Shown here: in pieces, positions 1 to 13,511 of the stretch
How positions within the stretch are numbered: the stretch's first letter is position 1
Layout of the letters: each line of letters opens with the position of its first letter
NCBI RefSeq assembly: GCF_009914755.1
Contig: NC_060936.1
Strand: one strand, 5' to 3'
Source: the human T2T-CHM13v2.0 reference genome, Homo sapiens
DNA length: 64,000 nucleotides
The notes under the pieces: generated by a model
Database searches by the model: none
Told to the model about the DNA's origin: nothing
Seen by the model: only the letters and a program-made list of their open reading frames with translations
Made by a program: the position numbers and the translations under genes

Positions 1-735
1 CATGTCTAAGGACTAAGTCTTGAATATTTATCCCATATTTTCTTCTAAAAGTTTTATAGTTTTACATTTTATATTTAAATCTGTGGTCCATTTGAATTGA
101 TTTTTATATAAGGTAGGAGCTTTAGGTTGCGGTTCAATGTTTTGCACATGACAGTTCAATTGTTCCAATAGCACCTATTGAAAGAGTGTCTTTGTTTACT
201 GGGTTGCCTTTGCACCTCTGTCAGAAGTCAATTGGCTGTATTTGTGTAGACCTATTTCTAGACTCTCTGTATTCTTCTTTTTACCTTTTATCTTTGCATG
301 TAAATTATAGAATCATAGAATCATCTTGTCTCTATAAAATATCCTGTGCTGGGATTTTGATGGAGTTGCATTAAAGGTATAGATCAATTTGGGAAGAATT
401 AAAATCTTTACTGTGTTGGGTCTTCCAATCCATGAATCCATATACTCTTGATTTATTTAGAACTTCTTTGATTTTGTTTACAGCATTGTGTAAGTTTTCA
501 GCACACAGATCCTATATATACCTAGAAGTTTTATGTTTCAGAGATATTATAGGTGCAATTATTTCAAAATTTTTGGTTTTATTTATTGCTAGTGTTTAGA
601 AATTCAGCTGTGTGTTGTGTGTTGACCTTGTATTACTTTTAGGGTGTGTGTATGTGTGTGTGTGTGTGCATTCCTTGGAATTTTCTATGTAGAAATCATC
701 TTGCTTATTAATAAGAATGATTTCTTTCCCCCAAG
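1..735 (-). mobile_element. Old L1 (L1M-type) fragment, antisense
   Basis: T-rich sequence with typical antisense L1 phrases (ttttcttctaaaagttttatagtttt, gggattttgatggagttgcattaaa, tcttccaatccatgaa). Boundaries approximate. Confidence 0.75.
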
Positions 736-913
736 GAAGTCATTTTTCCATCCAAGGAGTCACTCTGGTTCTCTCTCCATGTCTGTCTATACAGTGCTCA
801 CCATTCTGGGAAGAAGAAAGGTCCCTTATCTAGAGCTCCACTCATCTTTGGGCCTTACGGGTGTGTGTGTTTTGGTAGAGGGAGTGTTCAAGTATCTCCC
901 CAACAATGTGGAG

Positions 914-1211
914 ACCAGGTGTGTGTGGTGGCTCACACCTGTAATCCCAGCACTTTGGGAGGCCAAGATGGGAGGAATACTTGAGCCAAGAGTTGGAGAC
1001 CAACCTAAGCAAAATAGTGAAACCCAGTATCTGTAAAAATACAAACATTAGCTGGGTGTGATGACGTGCTTCTCTAGTCCCAGCTACTTGTGGGAGGCTG
1101 AGTTGACAGGATCCATTGATCCCAGGAAGTCAAGGCTGCAGTGAGCCATGATTGTGCCACTGCACTCCAGCCTAGGCAACAAAGTGAGACCTTGTCTCAA
1201 AAAACAAAAAA
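914..1211 (+). mobile_element. AluJ
   Basis: Diverged Alu dimer with A-tail; TSD-like flanks aacaatgtggaga / accaatacggaga. Confidence 0.9.
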
Positions 1212-1802
1212 CCAATACGGAGATCTAGCAGAAACGCATTTAACTGTTATATTGGTATCTGATGCAATAAAGCAATTTTTCATTGCTTTGAGATAGAAAT
1301 AAAGTTAAAACCAAAAGTGGCCTCACAAAAAAACTGTGCAAATATCTGTATGTAGAACTCTCTCTGACTTGTCCCTCTCACCAGGCTACAAGGAGAAGGG
1401 AGAGCTGGGAGCTGGGAGGGGAGCAGGAAGAGGGAGATCTGTGTAGGGAGGGGGAAGGGTGCCCATCCGTGACAATTGTAGGACATGTCTTTCTTCAAAA
1501 TGTGGCTGCTGGAGAACCTAGACTCTGGCAACTGCGAGCTGCCCTGTGAGTCAGGTTTGGGCTTCCCCGCCTGCCTTCAGACAGGACCTGTGTCATGTGG
1601 CAGCTGGATAGCATGAGTGGAAGGACATCAGCAGAGTGGGGAACTGGGTGGTAGAGACCCTCACACCTGCCAGGAAGGTCAATGTGACTGCGAAAACACC
1701 ACCAGATTGAAAATCTTCCTATATAGACCCTTGATATATCAGCCACTCCACCCCACTGGTCACTGTGGATGGGTGAACTAAACATGTCTTTCCACAAAAT
1801 GG

Positions 1803-2107
1803 TGAGACAGCCAAGTAAAAAGTGGTCCCTGGAGAACCTCCGACTGGCCTGTGCACTGGGAGGATGGGGCAGGGCCTCAGGAAGTTCGTGCTGTTTGTAG
1901 GGGGGAGGAGCCTGGCCTCTCCTGTTCCTGGGTGGTGACCTGGAATTCAATCTGTGAGATGGGGGCCTTTTAACAGGAACCCCTTTAGCTTTGCTGAGAA
2001 TCTTTTTTCTTTTTGCCCAATAAATTCTGTAACCACTCACCCTTCAAAGTGTCTGCATGCCTAATCTTTCCTGGTTGTGCGATGAGAACCTGTTTTTTTC
2101 TACAACA
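1803..2107 (+). mobile_element. ERV1 solo LTR (MER61-like)
   Basis: TG...CA termini (tgagacagcc...tacaaca), internal AATAAA, near-TSD atgg/atga. Subfamily from recalled consensus. Confidence 0.7.
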
Positions 2108-3647
2108 ATGAGAAGACACAGAAGGAGCCAAAATATGCCCTTTTCTTGCCCCTATTCTCCCCACAGTCCTCTCTCTGCTGACCTTTACCCCAGAACCAGG
2201 TCTTCTTTAAAAAGCAGAATTGGCCCAGACTCTATCAGCAAGTTTTTGATTGTCCTGGGGTTTAAAGAGGGCTTCTGGGAGCCAGACAACCCTTTTCTTG
2301 GTCTCTTTGCTAAACTGATTCTAACTCCTAGAGAATGGCATTTCAATTATTCTAGGCCTGTAGGCATGGAGATACCATCATCCTCCTTTGGAACATTTAT
2401 GATAATGGCTTGATGGTGCTGAAAACCCCAATTACCAGGGTTCTAGTCTATCCCTAACCTAAATTCTTATTCTATATTTTTGCCTTTAGGAGTGCTGAGT
2501 GTGCATCGTTCAGCCTCTATAAAGCAACCATCACCCTTTTGATGATTCCAAACTCCTCATTTTCAGAGTGTTCTTATTTCTCAGAAAGATTTGAACTTGG
2601 GCATGGAAAGGTCTGCTTCTCCTGTGCTGGCTCTGCTGTCTTCAGCTGGAGGGTCAGGAGACATTCTGGATGGAGAACGGCTGTCAGGGAGTGATAGGCA
2701 GCTTCACTCCAGACAAGTACCTGGAATTTGGAACCAGGGAAACGGGAGGATAAGAGACATCCTCTTGTTCTTTGACCTGATTCCCCAGTCAGCGGGAAGC
2801 CCACTGGGGGCTATAACTAACAGCTTCTGAATAGCAGGGAAATTTTCACTAATCCAAGTCAAAACCTAGAAAAAAGCCTCCTCTTTTTATCTCAAAACCA
2901 TGAAAATCTTCTAGGAACAGGCAGAAAACAAACAGCTGGAGTTTTTTGTTTTTGTTTTTGTTTTTTTTTTTGCTTCTTGTGGCCATGCACATGAAGAATT
3001 ACTAAAAGATCAAGATGTAGAAATAAAAGAGGCAGGGCTGCTCAGAGGACAAATAAAAATTAAGTTGATCAAATCAAAGACCTTAAGTTGTGCTTCTTCA
3101 AGTCCTTTGGTTCCTCAGCCACTGGCTGTTTTCTCCTGCCATGCAGGGGTTTTCAGGAGGGCTACAGGAGATTTGGCAATTATGTTTCACAAGGTCATAG
3201 GGAAAATTCCATTTTAGGTGGAGAGTAGACATCACCAAGCACATCATGGATGTGGTTCATTGATGTCACTATTCATTGAACTAATCTATCCTGATGATAG
3301 GCATCGTACATCAGTCTTAGACTAAATGACCAGCAGGTCAGGCTAGGAAAGATCCACTGCCCTAGATGGGGAACTCCCATCTATACCTCCTTCCCTCACA
3401 GCAGCACTGGGCAAGGTGTCCTTGTCACAGCTGACATCTTTCTTGTAGGGTGCAGGGAGGAAGGCTACTCTGGCCAGTGTTGACATTAGACAAGAAGGGA
3501 GCCTGTGGGTATGAGTGGGAAAGGTGAGGGGATCATAACTGGCAGGACCCTGGGAGTTGTGGGCAGGAGCCCACCCCATAGCCCATGCCACTGTCCAGTG
3601 AGACCTGGGAATGAAAAATTCAAAAGAGAAGGCAGCAGAAAACTTTT

Positions 3648-3652
3648 GAGAG

Positions 3653-3698
<46 letters not shown>

Positions 3699-3708
3699 TG
3701 TGTGTGTG
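3648..3708. repeat. (GA)n(GT)n microsatellite
   Basis: Seen directly. Confidence 0.95.
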
Positions 3709-4669
3709 TTGGGTCTGTCAAAACTCCAAATTTCCATCTAGGGGCCAAATATACAGCAAGAACCAGTTGTCAGTTCAAAAGGGCCCCCATCACCATCATA
3801 ACTAGAATCTTAGCAGCGCAGTGGTAGAAACCTTGGGAAACTAGAAAAAGGATGTTACCTAAAGTCAATTTCTAGAAGACCTTTATGGCAATGAAAAGGA
3901 ACCAAGAAAATCTAGATGGGCTGAACTTGGAGAACCACAAAGACTCTTGTTTCTAGACTCTAGAAACAGTTAATCTGGGAGTTACTGACACTTTCTCCAC
4001 TTTTTCATGAATCAGTCCATGAAAGCACAACTCATCGTCATTGAGGAATGGATGATGGTCTATTTTAATTTCTAGCTTGCTGATACAAGTGCCAAGAGGG
4101 GCTGAACACTGGGACTACAAGAGATTCAATGAGCCAATTCAGGGTGAATAGTTGGGTCCTATTTTCCCCAAAGCAGTTGCTTTTCAACCATCATTGTCAA
4201 AATACATTTGAAGGACACAACACCATAGGGCAATGTTCTAGGGAGATGCAAACTAGCATAAGAGTTGCCCCCACAAAATTTGTTTCCACCACTGTGAGCT
4301 CCTGCTTGCTGCCTCCTCCCTTGTCCTGGTCCCCTCCATGGCAGCTGGAGGAAAGCCTGGTCTAAAGTGAGGAAAGGATAGAGAAATGAGCATGACAGAG
4401 TTGATTTTTGGATGAACAATGGTTTCACCCAGTTTCCCTTCTTGAGCCCCTGATGTCTGCGTTTGAGTAGAGCAGAGGCTTGGAGTGAGGAGGCCCCTCC
4501 CTCCAGCCAGCCTGAGACTACTTCCATACTCTCAGTCAGTGCACATTTTCCCCAGGAAACCAATGACAGAAGTCCATGCTGTGGCAATAAAGAGAAGGTC
4601 AGCCACCTCTTCTGTGGAGGATTCTGATGCCAGCTCAGGGACACAGAGGCTGGTCAGAATGCCTCCCTA

Positions 4670-5078
<409 letters not shown>

Positions 5079-5224
5079 TCACAAAGTAAGACGTGGTACA
5101 AATATACCTATCACATGATTTTAGAAAAATTGAGGGAAATGGAAGCAAACACAAGATATTCAAAACAGCAATGTCCTAACTTGTTTGCAGATACCAGAAT
5201 AATGACTTACAGATACCAGAATAA

Positions 5225-5313
5225 TGAGGGAGAAGGAAAGGGAAAAATCAGTTGGGGAATACTTGGACTGCAAAAGCAGCCTGCCTCAAAAGTCAGAGCA
5301 ACAGGAAAACACA

Positions 5314-5348
<35 letters not shown>

Positions 5349-5900
5349 CAAACAAACAAAAACAAACATGGGTAAAACCTCAGGCTGCACATGCACACAG
5401 ATAAGCAGACAGGGTCCTGCAGAGAAGCCCATTGTTCTTTGTATAATTAGCAAACTCCCAGGAAAAAGTTTCTTCCCCTTTTCAGGCATATACACGGTGG
5501 GCTCCACAGAAACTGGCACAGGGAGGAGGGGGACTTACCTAAAACAAACCCACAGTTATATAAATAAGAGAAGTGGCGCTTTGTGCCTGCCTAAAGACAT
5601 ACCTACAGCTGCATAAGGGGAATTGCACGGACAGCTTTACTGGTAAAAAGTTACTAAAACAGTTACAGGGAGGAGAGCAGTTGCTTATAGAAGTTTACTG
5701 CAATCAGCTGCAACCTGGCAATCCACTCGGACTCCCCTCTGCTGCGGAGAGCTTTCTTCTTTAGCTTATTAAACTTTTGCTCCAACCTCATCCTTGTATC
5801 CACATTCCTTAACCTTCTTGGATGTAGGACAAAGAACCCTGGGTACTAGTTCAAACAATGAGAAACTGCTACAATAAGATGCATCAGTGAGACTGCAACA
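5225..5900 (+). mobile_element. ERV1-class solo LTR with an internal (CA)n
   Basis: tgaggg...gcaaca termini; LTR-type U5 text (ttattaaacttttgctccaacctc); near-TSD ataa/atac. Subfamily not assigned. Confidence 0.7.
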
Positions 5901-7039
5901 ATACCTTTGCTCATCATACAAATTAAAAGAAAAATCATTCCCTTTCCCTCAATCACATAGAGAAAAGCACTTAAGTGTTCAGAAGTAACCCTTGTCACAC
6001 TCCAAATACAAAATGATTTACATGCAGCAAATTACACAAGAAGTGAATTAAAATATAATCATTATATTCACTTGGCACAATTGTAACTCCATTAAAAAAA
6101 ATTTGAAAAATACTGAAACTGACCTGAATTTAAGTTTCTTCAACAGAAACATTAGCAAAGTAATAAAAAATTACATGAGATGTATCGAAGCAAAATGCCT
6201 TCTTGAGTTTTTCCCTTAAATTTCTCTGTGTTTTTTTAAAATATAGTTTTAATGCCAAGGGAACTCACAACTATATTTTAAAATGAATATTATTGCATTG
6301 TTTTTGCATTATCTTGTGGGACAGAAATGCAAAGAGTTATGGATTACCACCTTAGAAGTAGAGACAGTGGTCTGTTTTTGTATTCAAACGGTCCCAGATT
6401 TAGATCTCCGCACAATTAAACCAGAATAGGGGGATTGTGTACTCACAGGTGCCATGGGCACACGATATGGGTGCATACACATTTGGACATATGTACACAA
6501 CCTACTACATACACACATGTGTAACACACACAAAGACTCTCTCACCCATGCTCCTCCCTCCCACACCTACCTATACACCCAGGGTAAAATGGAACCCAAC
6601 TCAATTACCTATATTGTGCAAGATATATCAAGTGCATTGCCAATTACCTTTACATTAGAAAACTAAACCAAGCCAGGAAAAAAAAAAAGGATTACTACTT
6701 AAGGGATTTATAACAAATTATTGGGCATACACAATACTTAGTATAATTCTCCAACAAAGGCTTCTATTGAACCCTACCTGGGTAAAGGAAACCACAACCA
6801 TTTAAATAATACAAGAAAACCAAACCCGAGTTACACTGGCAAAAGTGAAAACAAAGTGGGTGGCTACAGGACTTTGTAAACACTCTCCTTCCTCTCCTCT
6901 CCTCTGGGAAAATAAAAACCAAAAAAAAAAAAAAAAAAAAAAAAAGCCCAAAACAAATCAAAAAATGAAAACTGCAAGAAAAGTGTCAAACCACAAAACA
7001 AAAGAGCGCTCCACAGAAGCTCAGCACATCTTCATTTGG

Positions 7040-8220
7040 TGGGCGCTGGTGCCCTTTCCCTGTGGGCGGCGCCAGCTCCTTTCTCGGCTGCCTGCCCAGC
7101 TGCTGGGCTGGAGCTCCGCGTGCTGGGTGTAGGTCAAGTGATCCCGTCGCGGGCGGGCGGAGGTGGCCGGGCAGCCGCCGCTGTGCCCGGGTCTGGGGTG
7201 AGCTGCACTGCTGCCCTGGGCCCCGGCTCCCACGCCTGTTTCCCGGAGCTCCGCGGCTCCGGCTGCTTCGCCCTCCCTCTGTGGGCTGGGCTGGGGTCCT
7301 CGCGAGAAGTCCTGCCCCGCTCCCTTCTCCAAATCCACAGGCCCTGTTTCTCTGGAGACAGGGAGGCTCATACAGGATATGTGCAAATGCTTTTATTACA
7401 AGCTGAGTTGAAAGACACCCGTTTGCTCTCGGGTCCTTTTGGTGAGCGCCGCAGGAAGCCGGGCTCCTCTCTCCCCAGAGGCGGCCGCAGGTTCGCGGCG
7501 CAGGGCCTGCAGTGCCAGGAGCAGGCAGGGGCCTCTGCCCTCCCCTTCGTCCCTGATCTCCCGCCTCCTCCTCACCCGCCGTCTCTGCGAACTCACCCTG
7601 GGCTGCGGCCTTTCTTCCCTCAAAGCAGGCCCTTTACACACCGGACTCCGCGTCTTGTCCCAATACAAATACATGAAAATGCGGTTCCTCAGGTGGCGAG
7701 AACAGTGAGCACTTCTGAAGCAAGCCCATTAGGAACATTGAAGTAAATCTGAAGCCTAACGCCCCGGCGCCCTGACTACCGGCTGCCGAGCGGACTCTGC
7801 GGTCCCGCAGCTTCCCTGCACTCGCGGCCCTGGACGCGCATCTCCCAGGCTTTTCTGCGCTGGCCCCTGCCGGCATTGGCCAGGTCCCCGCAGTTCACTA
7901 AAGGCAAGAGGGCCTCTGCAGGGCTCCGCGGGGCGCCCCGCTGAGGACGCTGTGGGCCTCGCACTCCACCTCGTCTCCTGTGCTGTCACAGGCGGAGGCC
8001 AGCTTCTGGGTTGAGACCTCTGTGAACTCCGGGTCTTCAGCAAATTGCCCCAGTCCTGAAATCAAAACCTAGGGGGCGGGGTTGGAGGCCATGAAGAATC
8101 AAAGGAACATTATCACTGGAGCTCGACTCCTCTAGAGGGTGGCAGTAAGGGGCTTTTGACGCGGAACTTCGCGGGCCAGTGCATGTGTGTGTGCGTGCGT
8201 GTGTGTGCGCATGTGTGAGG
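7040..8220. promoter_or_regulatory. CpG island, promoter-like, no coding gene attached
   Basis: Abrupt GC- and CpG-rich non-repeat block; GC box gggggcgggg at 8072-8081; strong minus-strand splice donor (cagg|gtgagt) at 7591-7600. Confidence 0.85.
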
Positions 8221-8789
8221 GGTTGTGAGGGGTGCTTGTAGGAAATGAGCAGAGAGGGAGCATCAACCGAAGGATTAGGGATGTGTAGGCCGGAGAAGAG
8301 AAGTTTTGCCTTGGGTATTAAAAGCCATCATCAAACAAAGACTTGGCTCACAGAGGGACGGGGAAGCCTGCCCTGCTGCTTCCTAGGCCTACCCCAGCCT
8401 GCCCTTCTCTTCTCTCTGATGCCTTTCGTATTATTCCTCCCAAGAAACCTTCATTCTCCCTGCTGAAACTGTAGCCCCGAGCCCACTGCCCATAGCCAGC
8501 TGGCTGTATTTCCTGGGGTGAGGATCCAGAAGTATGCATGGAAACACCGTGCACGCACCTGCTCGGAAGGGCCAGCAGGCGACGCCTAAAACTTCTCCAT
8601 CCTCCCTGTTGGCAGCTTTATGCCTGGCTACGGGAAAACAAGCTCCTGAGACAAAGGATGGGAGGAAGCCACAGAGCGCACCTCGCACAGCTCCTCCCGG
8701 GTGTCTATTCGTCTTTCTCCCAACCCACATCACTCTCTCCTGACGCTGCCTAATTTTACTTTGGAGCTCCTGCCCCTTCCTGACCCGTT

Positions 8790-8935
8790 GCATACGTGTT
8801 TATTTATTATCTGTCTCCCCTCACCACAATGTGAGTCACTAGTGCGGAGGCTCTGTTTCTCAGCTGTGTCCCCGCACCTAGAACAGCACCTGCACATGGT
8901 AGGTGCTCAGGAGAGATCTGTGAAATGAATAAAGG
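8790..8935 (+). mobile_element. L2 3' end fragment
   Basis: cacctagaacagcacctgcacatggtaggtgctcag...tgaatgaat-like terminus typical of L2. Confidence 0.65.
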
Positions 8936-9448
8936 ATAACAAGGCCACATAAAGCATCAGAGTTTTGGAGTTTCAAGGGACCTTCGAAGCCATCTGGTTT
9001 AACTCCCCATCTCCTGCATGACAGCCTGATGACTGATGGGCACCATCTCTGCTTGTATATGTCTAGTGATGGGAGGCTCGCTACTTTTTAGGAAATGCCC
9101 CCTCATTTTGGGAGAGCTCAGTTGGGAATGTCTTCCTCATGTCAGCTGAAATGTCCCCGCCTGTCCGTTGAGCTAGTTGCTCCAGGAGCGTGACCCTTTC
9201 CCCATGCCTCCCATTGCAGGTGTGAGATGCCCAGCACAGCCTCTGAAGTCATCTCCTTTCCTGGTTTACCTAATTCCTTCAACCAGTTCTCCTATGAAAT
9301 GGTTCCTAGGGACCTTGCCATCCTGATCATCCTCTTTTGGGTTTGTTCCAATTTGTTGAAGGTCCCTTAAAATATGGTGCCAGGATGCTCTAGATGCTCT
9401 CACCAGGCAGAGTACAGTGGAACTGAAAGCTCTCTTGTTCTAGCTAGA

Positions 9449-9577
9449 CAAGCGGCTCTCAAGCTGGCTGTGCGTTAGAATCATCAAAGGGCTTTTAAAA
9501 ATATCAGTTTCACTTGTCATGGATTTCCAAAGCACCACAGGTGATTCTTATGAGCAGTCAGCATTGAGCACCACAGA
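9449..9577. mobile_element. MER5-like hAT DNA transposon remnant
   Basis: ctcaagctggctgtgcgttagaatca...caggtgattctta...ttgagcaccac resembles MER5. Confidence 0.6.
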
Positions 9578-10559
9578 TCCTGACCTTCTCTGTGCATAAA
9601 TACAGTCCAAAATCACATTTCCATCTTGTGCAATCACAGCACATGGCTGGCTCATACGATGGAGCCTCGAGGCCTTTCTCGAGGTTTACCGGCCTATGGT
9701 AGGGATACTTTTCTCAGTAGCTTCTTTCTCTGCCTGTATCAGGCCCAGCCTCAAGAGAGCCAGTAACATCTTGTGTGGTCATATTTTCCCAAGCCAGCCA
9801 TCCTTCTATAGCCCTGAGAGGGAAGGGAGGGTCTTTCTGGCTCAGAGGCTTGACATACCATCAGTTTGGAAAGAGCCAGGTTCTCCCTTCTCAGCTCCGC
9901 ATGCCAAGTCCCCTTGCTGCCCATGGCCTCTCCCTCCCCTGTCTGCTGTGTGATGGGGAGTCATGTACCACTTCACCAGGCTGCTGGCACTGGCATGGAA
10001 TTGCCTCCTAGGGTCCCAGCCTGGCTGCCCACCATGGAGAAGATAGGCCGGGCTCTTTGGTTTGTGCTGCCAACCCTGTGCCAGGGGGTGGTGTCTTCAG
10101 CACAGGAGCTGCAGTGGTTGGACAGGACACTGCTGGTGAGGTCCTTGCTGGACTCAGCCACCTCCCGCACAGGGTGGGAATCAGCTGCAGGGCCTGCCTG
10201 GGCTGGGGGCTATGGCAGGGGTGGTGGAGAATGGCCTGGGAATGAGGCAGGGGAATGGCTTCTCTGAAGAAGAGGGCTCAGGCCCACCGCTGAAAATGCC
10301 TGTGGACACACAAACAGTGGGAGTTGTTGGGAGTGGTTGGCGCCAGGCAAGGCAGGCCCCTGCTTCTGAGCAACCACTGCTTTGCAGCTGTTGTTTCCAG
10401 CTAGTTCCACCCACCTGGGATTCACATGCCATCATTTTCACCCATCTCAATCCTACCTCATCAGACCTGGCATGAGTCTCAACCATCTCAAAATATATTT
10501 TATGTTATCTCAGTGCAATGTGGCCTGCTTCTCCTCTAACTTCAGAAAGCTGTGGCTGA

Positions 10560-10780
10560 GTGGAATCAAGATAATCTGCATTTCAGCCCTGGCCCTGTCA
10601 CCTAGTAGCTGTGAATTCTCTCACTCTTGGTCTTCTCATCAGTATAATAGAGAATGATGATGCCTGTATCTTCTATAAACCAGAACACAGATGCCCTCTT
10701 TATCAATCCACCTTACAGGGTTGGTGTGAGGTTCAAGCAAAATAAGGTCTGTGAAGAAGTACAGTGCACATCTCACAGAG
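10560..10780. mobile_element. MIR
   Basis: Diverged MIR core (ctcatcagtataatagagaatgatga...ccttacagggttggtgtgagg). Confidence 0.6.
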
Positions 10781-11212
10781 CTAGACCAAACCAGTACTTG
10801 CTGTTTTAATTTTTGCAATTAATTGGGCCATTAACAATGCCCCATCAGCCTCTAGCTCAGGTTGTCGTTGATCCATAGTTTAAGTCTTACACTGTATTGT
10901 AATCAAACGATTTACATATCGTGTCCTCTGTCCCAGCATGTTCTTGAGCATCCTGAGGGCAGGGACCAGCCTTGACGACCCACCCTGGCAGAGGCTCCCC
11001 AGCAGCAGCTGCTCTGACGAGATGTGCTCCCAGGAGAGAGCAACACTGTGTGGGGAAAGCCCAGCTCTGAGAGGCGGAGAAAATGGGAAGATCACCACCT
11101 AGGTGGGAGGGCGGAGAAAGGGATAAAGAGGAGTACAAAATAAAGATGACCTTCTTGCCTACCAGCAGGCTGAGAACAGATGGGGGAAATCAACTGTTAG
11201 AAATATTTTAGA

Positions 11213-11327
11213 GTGCAGCAAACCACCATGGCGCATGTGTACCTGTGTAACAAACCTGCACGTTCTGCACATGTATCCCAGAACTTAAAATAAAATAAGT
11301 AAAAAAAAAAGAATAATAAAAGAAAAA
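11213..11327 (+). mobile_element. Very short 5'-truncated L1PA 3' end
   Basis: L1 3'UTR (gtaacaaacctgcacgttctgcacatgtatcccagaacttaaa), A-tail, TSD agaaatattttaga / agaaatcttttaga. Confidence 0.9.
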
Positions 11328-11767
11328 AGAAATCTTTTAGAATAACGCACACAGTGTCCCCACATTTTGCCACGTCCCTATCCCAGCTCATCATGGTCCC
11401 AACCTGGGGCTCCTGGGTCCCTGGAGATCTAGGAAAAGTTTAAGGTATGTTCAATATTTTGGAAAGCCCAGTGGAAATCATACCTTTTTAGGCAACGCCA
11501 CCTGGGCTAAGCAAAACAGTGCATTTCTTTGACGTCAGTTGGGTCACACTTGTCATCTTATGCAGATTATGAACTTCGATTAGCAGCTGAATGCCTTTGG
11601 GTAAAAAAAAAATTATTTAAAGCCTAGGTCCATGTAGGGAATATATAATTAAATGAGTAAAACTTCAGGAAACCAAGGTTTAGACCTCATCTTGCCTGGG
11701 GTTAATAGAATGATCTTCGATAACTCTTTAAGTGAGTAGTCCTAAATACCAAGAATACGTTTGGTAC

Positions 11768-11951
11768 TGGCATCTTGCATTTCACTATCTCAGCTAGAGC
11801 CAGCCAGGCTGAGAGGGATTCCATCCAGGGAATCTCCCTGACATGTTTTCCTTGGATGCCATTCCCTTCTCTTGGCCATGTTGCTGGCGGGTTCTTGGAC
11901 CATTTCTCTATGTCGGTGGATGGATTGTGGTGCAGCTAAATTTCCAGTGTG
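11768..11951. repeat. Direct duplication, copy 1 (184 bp)
   Basis: Aligns without gaps to 13512-13695; about 18 mismatches by hand count (~90% identity). Confidence 0.95.
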
Positions 11952-13511
11952 TTCAAACTCCATCTGCACGGGTGCCCCACAGCTTAAGCCTGTTTGGTGA
12001 GGAGACATCTGTGGCACCAAAAGAAGATAGCTCAGGCAGATCCTGCAGTTGCTGATTCTTCAGGATCCTGGGAAGAGTTCCTACTCAGCAGTATTTCCTA
12101 GATCCACCTTATGACATTACTGACCTTGCTAAGGCTCTCGCCTGCCCAGGAAGAGTGGGCAGCCCTAGTGAGGGGCCGTTAGGGCCAGGGGTAGGAGGTA
12201 CCAGCAGTTGGAGACAGGGAAGACTGACTGATCTCTCGGGGATTTGTCCCTCATCCTGGGGACCATCTATCCTGCTGGGTGGTGGCTGGCAGCCTGTCCA
12301 AATGTATGAGCCACCAGAGGGTCAAGTAGACGCAGGGCAGGACCGTCTTCTGGGAGATGTGTCCCCCTAAATTCTTCTGTCACTTCAGACATTCCAGGTA
12401 GAAGGAGGCCCTTTGACCTGCAAAGCCAGCCAGAGAACCAGGAACAGGGCAGGGAAAGAGCATGCTAGCCTGAGACGGCTCACACCCAGCTGGGGCGTGA
12501 GGAGCAATGTCTGTGGCCCCAGGCACACCTCCTTTCTCCACCCTGTCACCTTATCTCTGAGACATACTGTGCAGCATATGTCCAAGGCCCATCTGGGCAC
12601 ATCCTGCCTTTGGAATTCTGTTTCGCCACTTTGAAAATCTGCCCAGCCCACTTTGGGGAGGTTGTTTGAGTCAGGTTTCCATGATCTCTCAATCAACCCT
12701 CAGCACTGACCGGTGTCCCCTCAGAGTGGACCACTGGCCACATCTGGAGAGCAATGTGTGTGTTTAATAGTGAGGCAGAGCAGAGGGAGCCCGTCTTCAG
12801 GGATTGCCAGATGTCTCTCTTGTCCTCTTCTGGGGGTGTCAATTGTTGATTTTCATCACCCCGGTAGGAGAGCCTGGAACACAGAACTCTTGGGGCTCGT
12901 TCCTGGAGGCTGAGAAATGCCACTGCGTAGGGACAGCTGCCACCCCCAGAAAGCAGTTTGCTCTTTTCTTTAGTGAAGAGATCCTCCCCCTGCCCCCCCA
13001 TATTGTGCTTACATACAGGTTGATGCATTTCCCTCCCAGGAAATTCCACCGTGCCCCCGGCATCACAGATGTCTCCAGACCTGCTGGTTGGGAGTTTCCA
13101 GCTCCTCATCCACAGCCTGTCCTATGAACTTGCATTTCAGATTTAGGACAGTGAAGGCAGTCTCAGGTCAAAGGTGTCAAGAGAGTTGAAAACATTCTAG
13201 GCCCTTTAGGTTCTTTCAGGGAAAGGCCTCGGCTCCTGTGTTTGCATGTGTTGCTGCTATGTGCCACAGCTACTCTCCAACTTTAACCCAGACTTATCAG
13301 CCACCCGCCATTTCTCCCTGCCCTGCCAACCTCTTCATCACCAAGGGCACATAAGCAGCTGCCTACAACAAGCATACAATCATTCAGTCAGCAACTAGAT
13401 GCACTGTAAGGAATCTTGGGAGGTATTAAGTCAATGGCATCCAGGTCTTTTGATGGTGACTCACAGTGAGAATATATTTGACACATTCCCATCACGCACG
13501 GATGCACCTAA

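Noticed and set aside
3948-3968. Perfect 10-bp inverted repeat TGTTTCTAGA-C-TCTAGAAACA
   Set aside because: Isolated and near chance expectation.
5188-5227. 22-bp-period tandem duplication at an LTR edge
   Set aside because: Ordinary slippage-type microduplication.
7036-7746. 236-aa ORF in the CpG island
   Set aside because: Non-ATG start, GC-driven stop depletion, low-complexity G/A/P/R/L content and no recognisable domain.
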